DNA of 64,000 bases from Phoronis australis (lineage: Eukaryota; Animalia; Phoronida), in assembly GCA_002633005.1 (NCBI GenBank), contig NMRA01000013.1:1908403-1972402 (forward strand), in the 5' to 3' direction. Shown here piece by piece: positions 1 to 13,000 of this stretch. The notes under the pieces are model-generated. The model had not been told where the DNA came from. It did not search any database and worked only from the letters and a program-made list of their open reading frames with translations. Position 1 is the stretch's first letter. Every line of letters begins with the position of its first letter. The position numbers and the translations under genes are program-made.

Positions 1-669
1 AAGCCTATCAGAGACCCAGCTTTTACTTATCAGGTCAAAACTACAATAACGACAAACACTAAAGATTAAAATAAAATTCTTTAATTTTAGCCAATCTTCC
101 ACTCCAAGGCCACAGCTGACAGTTCTAACTACACTATGTTGTCCTCGTGGATATTCAAACCTGCAGCTGCAAAGCATACACGATTCCTCCAGGATATAAA
201 AAATCAAGGTATAAATTTGAAATTAAACACAAAAGTCGTAGTGAGGGCAATCATCGGGACACATACAACTTGGAACAGGTGGTATCTGTTGACCAGTCGA
301 TGTTCATAATTCATGAAACAGACCAGTCAATGGACTTCTTCAGCACTGCAACATGACTAAATCATTTGAAAATTAGCCGGAAATTTTTGCTTCGAGATTT
401 TGTTTATTTTTGAAGAGAAGAAATATGGTCAACTTTTTTGAAAATTACATTTTTGATGAAAGTTGAATAGCACAAAATGTGCTAAAATGAAGAAAAACTC
501 TCTCAAGACCACTGATGCACAAATACTCTATTCTCAACATTGTGTTCTAAAAAGACGAAGCTTAACGGTACTGTATACAAATAGTAAAATAAGAGTCCTT
601 TTTATCATCATATAGAAAATACCAAGCCTTCCGATAGTTAGCACACAGTGGATACAAGAAAGAACAAAC

Positions 670-3600
670 CTCAATGTGGGCACATTGTGGTCATCGATAA
701 ACACACGTTCGCACTGATTGTTGAACAGCGTTGTATCATACGTTCTTTCACCTGAAACACGTCAGCAAACATTTTATTTAAACGTGCATATACCTTTAGT
801 CATAAGCAAATCCACAAAAGAAGGAAAAACCGAGTGAATGGAATTCAACAATTTTTAGAATATCTGACGCACCTTTAGAAAGGCAAGAAAAGCTCCTGTA
901 CAACCTTCACTTGTCCATATTCAATATTCTTCAAATTCAAACTAGAACAATTGCAGCTTTCTATTTCTCAAAAACTCATTGGCTGGGCATCAGTAAGTTT
1001 GCTAAGCAACTCTACAATGAAGAAAAAATGCCCTCTTTTTATTTTTCCCTAGAAATTCCACAGTTACAATAAAATGTGTGTTCTATCACACTAGTTGTCT
1101 TCTAAAGTTGAAGGCGCATTTATAGTGTGACAGATTATTTTCACGGCAATATCCTGACAAAATATTGGACAAAGATTAACAACTCCACAAGAACTAGACA
1201 CTGCTGACTACTCACTGCACAAATTGTAGATTCTGTAGTGACCGGGATATTTGGTATTGAAGAATCGGGCAACCTCCTGTAAAGACCATCAATATCATTC
1301 AGTTTTTCATTGTAGAATATTCGTAATGACCTTTGAAGATATGTTTAATAATGGCAAGATTAACAGCAAGAAAATGAAAGTAACGAAGAAGGAACTGAGA
1401 GATTTGTGAATAATATCATTCCAACAAATTAACACATCATCACTGAGGTGGAGAGTTATTTAGTTGTAACAGTGGTATATTGGTAATTCACCTGTTTAGC
1501 AAAAGATACGGTTTGCTCAAGAATTCCAAACCAACTGCAACGAGTAATGATCATTTGAGCAGTTTGACAGATAAAGATGCAGACACTTATATTTGGGCAC
1601 ACAAGAACTATAGAGCACAAACCCGAATAGGATTTCTGTACACAGCCATCATGCCAGTGGAAGGGAAAGACATGGCGATCACTCTCTCTGAAAGGATTTA
1701 AAAAAGAAAGTCAAGCTAATGACACACAGTCCCATAGCGATCTTCGGTAAATTCTTCCTACATTTGATGAACCACACTGAAATCCACCGTTTTAATCTTG
1801 ATATACGTTTGCTTTCTTACAACATTCCATTCTACCAAGTCCCAAGCAAACCGTGCTATGCACTATATACAGGTGGATTTGGTTATAGCGAACAATGATT
1901 ACAACAAACGTTCGGAAAAGTCATGGGAAGGGAACTTGGGTCTGATAATTGAATTTGGTTTCTGTGCACCAGCTTCAAGACACATAGTTTTGCTAACTTT
2001 GTTGAAATACATCACTAAATGGTCCCTGGAGTAAAGCACGATGAGTTTCACGTCATTTGCCAAATCCATAACAAGCAAACTTCCTCCAGTTTTTCGTTCA
2101 GGACAATTAATGCATAGGTACATCTGGACATGTCTGCTACGGGGGGTGGGGAAGGGGGAAGGGCACATGATACAAACTTTCATTCATACCTTTTTTCATA
2201 AACACACACGCACGAAAAAAAATTTACCGGTGACATAACACAGATCCAGGTCAAAACCGTCTTTCCTGTAGCGCCGTTTATTCTGTGACACCATCAGTCT
2301 CGACGCTTTGGTTAACTGTTTCTTCTGCGTGAACACCCGCACAATGAGAATTATGCGAATGAGTCGACCAGCGACTATCAGTCTGAAGCAGGAAGAAGAA
2401 TGGCCAGCTATACAGGCATGAAGGTCAAAGTTCAATGTTAGTAGTTGTAGAGCTTTAATAGATCCTGAGACATACTGTAAACTTTGCAGGATATAATTCC
2501 TCCTAAGCACACATTGACTTTGTGAGCTGCAGGAGGTTCTAACTCGATAACTTGAGAGGAATTTTTGGGCATGGCAAGGGAAATTTTGTCTCATTTATAA
2601 TAATTAGATGGGACGAGGACGGCATTCACCACCAAAACCAAGTCATCAAGGAACTTGTTGGGAAGTCGGTGCCAATCTGTGACTCACAAAGCATGGTTTA
2701 AATCTAGGAATGTCTACTTTGTAATTCAGAGACTTCATCTACAGATGCAGCTGTCATTTTACAAGAGCATTCTGGGAAAATTGTCAGCTTGTAAACATCC
2801 AATGATGTCACAGATAACTTGTGTAACCTGGTTTATAATTTGCATTTTAGGTGGTGGGATTTACTATTAATAGCATGATCAGACGGGGAAAAATTACGCG
2901 CATAAGCTATTATAATTTTTCACATTTTGAGTCTCACTTTCAGTTTTTTACTTTTGTATGATGGTTGCTCAGTCATACTCGTAATTTAATATATTAAAAG
3001 ATTTCTATATGAACTCATATAAATCACTTCCGAGATTTTCTGAACATGATTAATAAGAATTCAATTCATATTTCAACTGTATAAATTTTTTTTTCGTGCA
3101 AGGTTTATCTGTTCACCAGTTGTCAATTTACCTATTCTGATCACTGAGCAATGATAAATGATCAAAAGAGTTTTTCTACGAATGATGTTATGACTGATGA
3201 TCAGACTCGTCTGATGTTCATTAATCATCATCCTGACATGATATCATATCGACCAAAATGAACGTATATACGGCTATGCTTACGCTCCCAGCTTGGCGTA
3301 ACCACCGAGGTCCAGCGATACGTAGACGACGGTGAATATGAAGGAGCCGAGCACAATCACAGCATCCAATATGTCCACCCACGAGTGGAAGAAATAACGG
3401 AGGCTGAAAGAGAACAGCCACAACCTGTGAACCAAATTGAAGGGTGGGGCAAAATCCATTAGAAACTTGGCCTACACTGCGACCATGTGTACTTCATCAA
3501 TAGATTTGTACACAGACCACGGTACGCAGAATCTTTTGATACCAGGAACACTGATGTAGATTCTCCTGTGTAGAGCAGGACAATTATTACTGTATCAGCA

Positions 3601-5720
3601 ATGAATTTAGGGAAACGAGTGAAATAATTGAACTATCGTGGATTAAAACTTCTGATTTTTCAATGAGTTTGACTTATGAAATTGAATTCCCCATAGGAAT
3701 CTTTTTTTCCAAAGAAGTACAACAAATAATAGTTTTCATTTTTGTTTTGTTGACAAAAAGAATGTGGTAATTAGTTCATGACTTTTGAGTTCTAAAAAAG
3801 ATCTAGAACGCTTCAGTAGGTTGTTATCTGATCTAATGTAAACTGAATTAGACTAAAATTGAAACTTTTCGGGGGCATATTTGCAATGCAAACTGAAAGG
3901 TGGGTCAAAATCTTAGGGGTTCTCAGAGGAGGGATTTCCAAGGATGTGCTATAGACTTGGGTGGCTATTTTTCCCACTTGGGTATTGCCTCTGTAGGATA
4001 TTTTGGCTCTGTGATTTCCATGGTTTTGTCTTGGGTGGGTAAACAAAAGAAGATGTGACAGGGGGAACATCATCTCAATCAGGGGTTTTCTACAGTCTTA
4101 GGAATTTGCTTTCCCCTGGTTGCCCAAGTATGCGTTGGCTTAGATTCTCAATGTGCAGCTGCACCTCTCTATCAAAGAGAAACCGTAGGGAACAAATTGA
4201 CCTTTCGGCAAATCAAAATAAATGATTTCAGAAACCATGACGATGACCTCAACAAATGAATTGATCTTAACTATGTTGCTAGATTGTGATTTTTATAATT
4301 TATAACAGTAAGCAGTTGAAATCAACAGTTAATTTTTAAAATACTTCAAGAACAATTCCCCGATGTACATGGAATGAGCCCTGAAGTGAAATTAAGTGAT
4401 TCCTTCTAAAGAGTAAAAATTTCAAGGCATCTTCTGGGTTTAAATGAGCATTTCACTTCTTTGTGACTTAAAAACCCCAACTTACCCTCGTGAGAAAATC
4501 CTGGCCGAGACTTCGACAACAAAATAACAACTGAAAACGAGACCCACAATGTCCAACCCGTCCTCGACATTCTGGGGTTTGTTGGTGACAGCCACGTCAA
4601 CGATGACCGTAATGACATCAACTAGGATTAGAAGGATAGTGAACCCTCGGAAGAAGATGTTGTCAACAACTGTACCTACACGACGCTGAGCAGAGCTGAA
4701 AGATGAGGGAATGTGAACCAATTAAAATTTATTCATAGCAGTTTGCAGTCACATGATAAAATCCATTTCCCAATCGCTCACTCTAAAGGAGCTCGAGAAC
4801 ATGTGGGAATTGAACAGTACAAATGGCCTCTAAGAGAGCCATGGATCAAGGGTGGGGTGGTATTTATTTCACCCTTTGCCTGCCTATATACAACAACCAT
4901 TCTGGTGCACTTTCTGAAGCACATTAGGGGTGTGTTCCGCAGACTCAAGACACTAGAAAGACACTTCACTTATGGGACAGAAACAATGAATTCTATCCCA
5001 TAATTCATAGCTATCCCATAATTCAATTCTATCCTATATATAACACAACATCTCAACCTCATCAACCAATCACTTCAGCAAGCGGATACCATTTTTAGCA
5101 AAAAAACAAACTTACAGTTAAGGTACTATGCCTCGCAAAACACTCAATTGTCCTTGTGCGATTTTGCATAGTCTTGCTTTTTCACAAATCCTTACAGCTA
5201 CAGAACACAAGTCTGATCACTAGTTACAATATCTTACTTAATGTAATGTACTGCTACAGTAAGTCATATACCCTCTAATGATTTGCATTCCAATTACTGA
5301 GAGAAGTTCTCCTTGCTGACATTCAGTATGACACAGGCAGTTTCAAGGAAATGGGTGATGGGCATAAAAGGAACAATTGTCCATTTGAAAATGATTTTAA
5401 AATGCATGGTGGTTGTCAACCCAAACTTAAACTAATGCACCATAAAATACATCCGTCTGCTCAACTTACGACAGCGGCCCTTCGGGCTCCTCGTGTGGAT
5501 CAGCAGCAAGCCCCACTGGTCCAGCCCGGCTCATCAAACTCTGTTCATTCTCATAAAACTTCAGCTGACTCTGACCTTCCTGTATTATTCCATTAGTTTG
5601 TCCTGACACAGGCACCTGGTCCTCGCTGTCGTGATGAAGTGTCACTTCTTGAAATGACACTTTGCGATGATCCCGGACCTCATCGTCATCTGGCTCGTTT
5701 TCAAATTTCTCGTAATTCAT
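670..5720 (-). CDS. TPTE2: Voltage-sensing phosphatase (VSP / TPTE / TPTE2 family; voltage-sensor domain plus PTEN-like phosphatase), 5' part; gene continues beyond the left edge
   Basis: Exons (minus strand): 5720-5470, 4695-4486, 3403-3284, 2382-2228, 1687-1623, 1276-1216, 751-670, all GT-AG with consistent phases. Translation: [15 protein letters not shown]...; S1 [19 protein letters not shown]; S2 [16 protein letters not shown]; S3 [18 protein letters not shown]; S4 [17 protein letters not shown]; linker [31 protein letters not shown]...[32 protein letters not shown]...[10 protein letters not shown]. This is the PTEN/Ci-VSP signature. The catalytic HCKGGKGR exon was not found in the window. 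The start Met at 5720 is inferred. Confidence 0.95.
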
Positions 5721-5946
5721 TTCTTCTGTATCCAGTCCCTGAAAAAAAAACATACGTGTACATCTGTACTAACACTCTTCGCTGCTGCCGACGATAATGA
5801 TGATAATATGCGCTCACTTAAATGATATTGAAACAACCACAACAAGTAATGAAAGTGCCGCACATCCGAAAATAAGTGAACAGGGAAAGCACAATTGATT
5901 CAGCAGTCCACAAATGCTGTCTTGTGGCAGGTGGACCTAGCCTTAC

Positions 5947-5990
5947 GATTGGGCAGCCATTTTACCGCAGCTAGGTCAGTGTCTCCTCAG
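5947..5990 (-). other. Candidate upstream (5' UTR/uORF) exon of the VSP gene; its 5' boundary is approximate
   Basis: The minus strand reads ...AAAATGGCTGCCCAATC|GTAAGG, a strong donor at 5946 and a YY1-like AAAATGGC motif. The VSP exon at 5738 has a clear acceptor (poly-T CAG), so an upstream exon must exist. This is the best nearby candidate. Confidence 0.4.
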
Positions 5991-7094
5991 AATATTAAGT
6001 TGATATAATTAATACATGGAACAGAGCTTCAACACACCATTTCTTTTTCCAGGAAAGCTTATTGGATGTGCAATGCATCAATGCATTTGAATGTCAACCA
6101 AAGTAACAAATGTAGCTTGGCAACACTTAAAAACTACTAACGGACTCTTTATCCAATTTTGCTTCAAGCAAAAAATCAGTTGATCGGCTCAGTTCCATAC
6201 TATCAGACATTGCTTCAATTCAAGAGCACAGCTACAGGCAGGGATGAAGGGAGATTCACTACATGAAATCAGTTGGCAGTGATAAGGACTGCGGGGTTTG
6301 TATGAGATAAATGTATGGTGTAGCCACTGACTCTGTGTACTACTATCAAGCTGTATCTCTCAAGTCATGAGATTAAATTCAACAATAGAGCTGTTAATAG
6401 CACATTATGCATGTGTATTTACTACCTCACACTCCTCACAGACACAGGTCTAACTGCATATACCGTAGTGGAGAAGATAATGACCGTGAAAGCCCAGAAA
6501 CAAAACGTGCACTCAAATTACATGAAATAAGGTAATGATAAGATGGCAACGTGGATTCCCCCGTACGGTCCAATCCGACCTCTAAATCTCATTTCACTCA
6601 GTCACTGCCACTGCACAGTCATTGACACGGCAATCAAAATTTGGGGGGCGGTGCGGTTCGAATCAAGCGGAGCCTGAATACATTTCTGTCACTCATGCAA
6701 ATGGAAATTGGAAAAACGAATTCTTAACAAAGGCATGTGCAAATTGTTAATCGGTTCAGTACACAAGATCTATTTAACAAAATTACACGCGTCATTTGTG
6801 CACCTTCTTTACAAAAACCGCACAGCTTCCTTTCCACGGTCCTCCATCATATCAACATTAAGAAGCATCATGGGAAATGCGCAGATATTAAACACTGAGT
6901 TCAATTGGTCAAAATGTGAAAAATTACAAATCTTGACCAATCACAACTATTTTTATAAAACAACCAAGGAAGTAACAGAGAAGACGTGTGGAAAAGAAGT
7001 GGTGGGAATTACGAAATTGGAAATTGGTTGACGGATTATTTTTATTTTCAGTCAGAAAAATGTTTTGATTTCTAATTCGACAAGATTGTTTACA
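5990..7094. promoter_or_regulatory. Putative bidirectional promoter region between head-to-head VSP and ANKLE2
   Basis: Divergent start codons lie about 1.4 kb apart (5720 and 7095). The region has a GC box GGGGGGCGG (~6643), CCAAT/ATTGG boxes (~6904, ~6937, ~7023), a YY1-like AAGATGGC (~6540) and an X-box-like GTAGCTTGGCAAC (6112-6124). Confidence 0.5.
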
Positions 7095-10000
7095 ATGGAA
7101 GAAGTAGAAGAACGCGTTAAAGCACTAACTATGACTGAAATACTTACAGAACTTAGAAAGTTCGGTGAAGTTTTAAATGTACCTAACGCTCCGTCGGCGA
7201 AACCTATTTTGGAAAGGAAACTTGTTAAACACATTTGTGGCCAAACTGACGAAGGTCGGTTTGAACGTCACAATGTTTGCCTCAACACGGAAACTGAAGT
7301 TAAAGGGGTCAATGCCAATGATCCCTTAAGTGACCAAAATCAAGAGTCTGTTGATATTTCTCCTGAAACCAGTGGAGGTGGCACTAATTCTCCACCTGTG
7401 GATGAACGCTCTGGATCAGGACATCTAAACAAATCACCTTTGTCTTTGGTGAGCGATGATAATCCTGGAATTATGAGGGACAATTCGGACATCACGTTTT
7501 ATGGTGTCAGATTTCCTGAAGGTTATGAGTTTGATGATCAAACTGGTAAGAATTTCTAGTTAAAGTGGCTATGAAACCCGTGTTTCGTCCAGGCGATGAA
7601 TATTTCATTTAGACCACTTGTCATTATAAAAGTGGTGTCAACTTGTTCTTTACTCACCCAAAAAATGATTTTCTGAGATTGCAAAGATCTGACTGTTTGG
7701 TACACCTTGCATTAGATGGGCACTAGTCAGATATAATGGACCCTGATTTAGAGAACCAGGCAATCACTAAATAACACCGTTACTTGGTGGATTAAACTGG
7801 TTCTCTTAATCAGGGTCCATTGTATCTGACTAGTGCCCATCAATTGCATATTTGGCACATAAACACTGACATGCCGAAACCAAGATCTCAAGCAATTAAC
7901 TTTCATTAAAGCCTTGGAATCATCGCTAATTTGACTAAGGAACAATTTCTGACCAATTTCATAACCATTAGTGGATTAAATCAAAAGTTGTTTTTTGTTA
8001 TGCAAGGCTGGTTAAACCTATTTATACACCAACCTACTCGTGCTACAGCCAGAGGCAACTGGATGGTAATCCTGTTTTAAAGCCAGTAGCTATCCTGGAT
8101 ATTTATATGTAAGGAGCAGTCCTACTAATATTCCATGTGGAAATGGAACATTATTGTAATTAATATATCTCTAACGTCAGCTAAGTATGGTGCGTACGCA
8201 TGTCATATCAGCTTGCAAGAGAGACAGCCGTCAGTTGGTGTGTGATTGGTTCTCATGCCTGTGTGGCAAAAGAATTGTGTTACCTGCAGATGCATTAGAA
8301 ACTAGTAGGAAGCTTTTGGATTCAGTAAAACGTAAAAACTGCTAATTGAACTAGATTATTGTGTACCAGTGAAAAATATTAGATTTCATTTTATACAGGC
8401 TCCATTTGTTACAGATGGTGTTAAAGTTTTCACAGATAAATCAGATGCTCTTAACATAGTGAAGAAGGTCAAAGGGTCGCGTTTCAAATCATTTAGGTCC
8501 AGAGACGAGGCAGCAAGCTTTTCAGAACAATCACCGACCATGTTCAAATCACAATCCAGTGAAAAAGACTTTACGGTAATTTTTCACCTAATAAATATGG
8601 CAGACTAGTGATATTTTGTTTTATAAAATTTTTCTACAAAAGTAAATATTGAGAAATTTTTATCCTAAAATTATGTACTTTGCAGTTGTTATAACATTAG
8701 GTAAAAGTTTCCATTATTTGCATCAAAAACTTACTTAAACTTTGAAAAATGGAAAAAAACGATTATTTTTTGTGTTAATTTAATGAAGAATTATGGTACT
8801 TCACAACAAGACAATGTAATTTCACTCATTTACGCTGTAGACTTCTGCTCGATTTGTGAGCTTGATGTTTTCAGTTTCCTGGAAAGGATTTAATTTAAAT
8901 GTTTTTGTTGCTTTTTGCAATATTGAAAACCAGGTTACAGTAACTCAAAGTTCGTCACAGCCATTGCTATAGTATATAAATATTGTTCTGTCCACTGCCC
9001 TTATTCCTGACAGTGACTCAAAGTCCGTCACAGTCATTGCTATAGTATATAAATATTGTTCTGTCCACTGCCCTTATACCTGACAGTGACTCAAAGTCCG
9101 TCACAGTCATTGCTATAGTATATAAATATTGTTCTGTCCACTGCCCTTATTCCTGACAGTAACTACATATCAACATGTCATTACTCACACCTTGGTATAC
9201 ATAGAATGTGATTTTTCATTTCTTTTGTACATTTTCTTGACCTTGTTGTCAGTGTGGGATTGAAAAGTATAAACTTTTTCTTGTTTGGGACATTCAAGTT
9301 TTTTGCTGAGTATTTGGTGATTATAGAAACAAATTGATTGTTCACATGGTAGTCTTGTGACCTTCTTTTTCCTTTTTCTTTTTACAAATGTCTTGATTCT
9401 TATGGGGATTGTTAGAACCCCCAGTGTAAATACTTCATTATTAAATAAATAAATTTGCACTTAAAATTCTTGATCAAATCCTACTGGCATATGTGGTTGC
9501 AACCGAGGTTACTTTCATTGTTAAAGCACATTTTTTGTTTTTAGACTTCACCTAAAACTGCTGTGGGGGAGTCGTTGCCCTTTCCTTCACTGAGGACACA
9601 AGATCTTGTGCAGCTGAGGAGAACTGTAGAGCAGAATAAGTGTGAAAGGTTTAAAGACCTGGTGTGGGGTAATCCCCGCTACCTGGTCAGTAGTGGAGAC
9701 ACGCCCACTATACTGCAGGTAAACTATGACTCGTGTTTTGCAATAACCATTTTCTAATATAATGGCAATGTGATGAAATACACCTTGTTGCTAGGTAGCA
9801 ATGGGATAGTTTGTGGACAGCATTCTGCATTTGTGAACTGATTTAATGCATTCGCCCTAGGATACTTTCCATTTTTTCTATACATACTTTGAGAATGTCA
9901 TATTGCCATTGTGCAATGAGGTATTCAAACAATTCACTCAAAAATGTTGTCATTTTTGGAAGTGATTTAAGGGCTTTGAAGGATCTGATAGTTCGTTATT

Positions 10001-13000
10001 GCTTTTGACCAAGCTTATAAATTTTCAAATCACACCGTGACCTGAAATTTTGTGAGATTGGTCTATTAGTCTAATGAAATAAGGAACTATCGTTTCTTCT
10101 CGAGTCCAGAGATCCTTTCTAATTAACTGAATGAGGAAGAAGACAAGACGTAATTTTACAACGGTAAGTGACTTAAATCAAAACTTGGTTAGTTGTCAGA
10201 GAACATGAGTTTAATGGCGCTTTAGCTTTTGAAAATCTGCATTTTCCAGTCTGAAAAAGATGTATTGAAGCATAGCTGGGTGCAAAGAAAGCTTGTTGAA
10301 AAGTGCCAAAATTGTGACCTAAAGGGATCCAGCTCAGAAAATGCCCCCTCTGGTGGTGACTGAGCATTGGTTGTATTCTGAATCTGTGTACGAACTTTCA
10401 AACTGAAGAAAGTGTTTTGGATTTCTGTTCTGTGTTTAGAAACTGTTGGACTGCCAACTGTGTACCACATTTATGCAACCAGAACTCGTTACAGGAAGGA
10501 TTTCGCTACAACGCGATGCACAGTGCCGCTCTGAAGAACAGATCAGACATGGCCCAGTTGCTGTTGGACACACTGGAAGACCCAGCATTTCTTGGCAAGC
10601 TGTACATCAATGATGACGTCATCACGAGAGACAAGAGAATAGCCTTTCTTGTTGACCTTTACCTCAATACACCTGATAAAGGGGTACTGCTTATCGGGCA
10701 ATAGTCTCTTAAAGGGGTCCCGCATTTTGAGAACCAGTTTTCTCCACTGAATAATGAGCATCAAACTGGTTCTCAAAAGTCTGAACCCCATTAAGTGACT
10801 ATTACAGTGTTAATTGACCTTCTTGATTTTAATTACCACATCCCCAAATACTATAGTGCCCTCTGTGATTCTGCAATATATACTACCAACATTGCTGTGC
10901 ATCACTGGGACACTTGTCCCCACAATTGTGCCCTGGTGACATGTTAAGCTATATTACAGAAAATGCTAGTAACTTTTTACTTGGAGTTGCAATGCTGTTA
11001 TCACAAAATTGTTTGGGTGGATGCGGCACGAGATTATGTTTTTCTTCTTTTCTGTCTCGGCTCAGAAACATTCTGCGGTCTAGTCGTTCAAAAATTAATC
11101 ATTCATCCAGTGTGTTTTCGCCCTGTTTAGCTGACCTAAAATCAGTCCTTATTGTGATAGGATTCCATTTTGATTACCAGCAAGAACATTGAAACCATGG
11201 TCACCTCAAGAAAGTGTTACAGAGTCATTGCGATTTGCTAACCCTAAAATTGCGAATTCAAAAATGGCGCGTGTACAGATTGTCTGTAATTTGAGTTGTT
11301 AACGGATATAGAACCCTATCACTATAAGGAATATGAAACAAAGTTTATGAATGTAAAAAGCAAAATGCAACGTTTAAAGTGCTTAAAACCACCATTTACT
11401 TTGTTTTAATTAATGGCTACCCTGTCAATCATTAAACCTTCTTGTTTAGTACTGTATATCATAACCGTGAATTCAATATTCCAAAAACATGAAAGTAGAG
11501 GAGAGGCAACTTTAATTGAAAATTTCTTAGCTCCACGGACAATAGTGTGACATGTGAACGTACCTAGCGCCAGTGTGTCGTGTCCACCAGCAGGCGTGTT
11601 TCTTGTACAGCCTTGTGTCATATCAACGCTTCTCTGGTGTCTCGCAGGAAAGTGAAAGTAGTCGCAGCATAGTCAAATACTGAGTTGTCACTACCACAAC
11701 AAACGCAATGCTTCGATATTAATAATGATAACGTAAACCACGAGAAAACAAGCAGCAATATCTGACTGCTTTTCACAGTAAGCACAATGGAGGACGACTA
11801 GTCTAGACTGGCGTTATTGGTTGTCCCGATTCCTCTTAATATGTATCCACCAATAAATGCTTGTAACTCGAGATCGGCTTATTAACAAATAGTGATATAG
11901 TATCTGTTGTTATTCTAATTTGACAGCTGGTCGACTGGTGGTGATGTTTTTTTGGTGTTTTTGATATTAAATTGATGATTTTAAGCACTTTAAGGCCTCT
12001 GTGTAGTCTTTGTCCCAGATAACTTCATTGTGCAATGTAAAATAATGTTCAATTTAAAACAGGCAGCAACATTTTGCCATCTGAAGCGAGTATCAAATTT
12101 CTTGCATTGTGATGGGGTGGCTTACCAGTAACTGAAAAGAAATTCTGCCAATGATCTTCATAGCATCAGCATGTCAAGACGGGACTTGACCTCATGATTG
12201 CAAATCTTCTGAGTTTGCCAGCAGACCTTCATCTTTTTTGGTTCTCCTGGGATCTTTTCTTTCTTTCAGTTTTGCCCTCAGGAGCAAGTTGTCTTGGGGT
12301 ATTAAGCAACCAAAATATCTCCCCAGGGATTCCTTCTACCGTTTTTCTGTTCTTATTGTTTATAGATAACCATTAGATCACCTTTGCTTGAATTAAGCCC
12401 AATAAAAATGCATTAGGGCGATGTAGAATTGTTAATGACTCAATCACAAGCTCTTGAAAATTACTTCAAAGCAAACTTATGTAAAATATGCATATAATGT
12501 TTTAATTTCCAGTTTAATGAAACACCGTTACATTTCGCCTGTAAATTTGGCCATCTGGCAGTTGTCAAGGTTTTGACCTCTCATCCCAAGGTCAACAGGC
12601 TGGCCGTGAACTCTGAAGGCAAGACACCGGCTCAGGTTAGTTATCTTTATCTTGATTTTTAGTGACAGATAAAGGTTTCAGTGGTTTACAACTGTAGCTT
12701 AAAAAGCTTCACTCTTTTGTATGTCTGACAGCGACGGTAAAATGCTAACAACAGGACACTGGTCAAGTAACATTCTTTCATATATTGATTAGGGGAGTCA
12801 CAATCAAGCAGCTGTTTGGCTGCTGTGGTTGGTTTTTGACAAAATTTATTTTATTTACAAAGTAATTACTAAAATTATGCTGTGTGGTTCTTCAACTGAT
12901 TTTTTCTTTTAATTGTTCTATTTCCTGTATTCTTGGTGTTTTGGCATTGACTCAAGCTAAGTTTTATTGATATTGAAGAATTGAAGGTATTGTGTTTGTT

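Noticed and set aside
1-669. VSP catalytic (HCKGGKGRTG) exon
   Set aside because: It was not found on the minus strand here and presumably lies beyond the window edge, so catalytic competence cannot be judged.
6708-7031. 107-aa ORF upstream of ANKLE2
   Set aside because: It has a non-ATG start and no homology cues, and overlaps promoter motifs. It is probably chance.
8399-8414. Alternative ANKLE2 acceptor TTATACAG at 8398
   Set aside because: It gives phase 0, incompatible with the phase-1 end of exon 1. The acceptor at 8414 keeps the frame.
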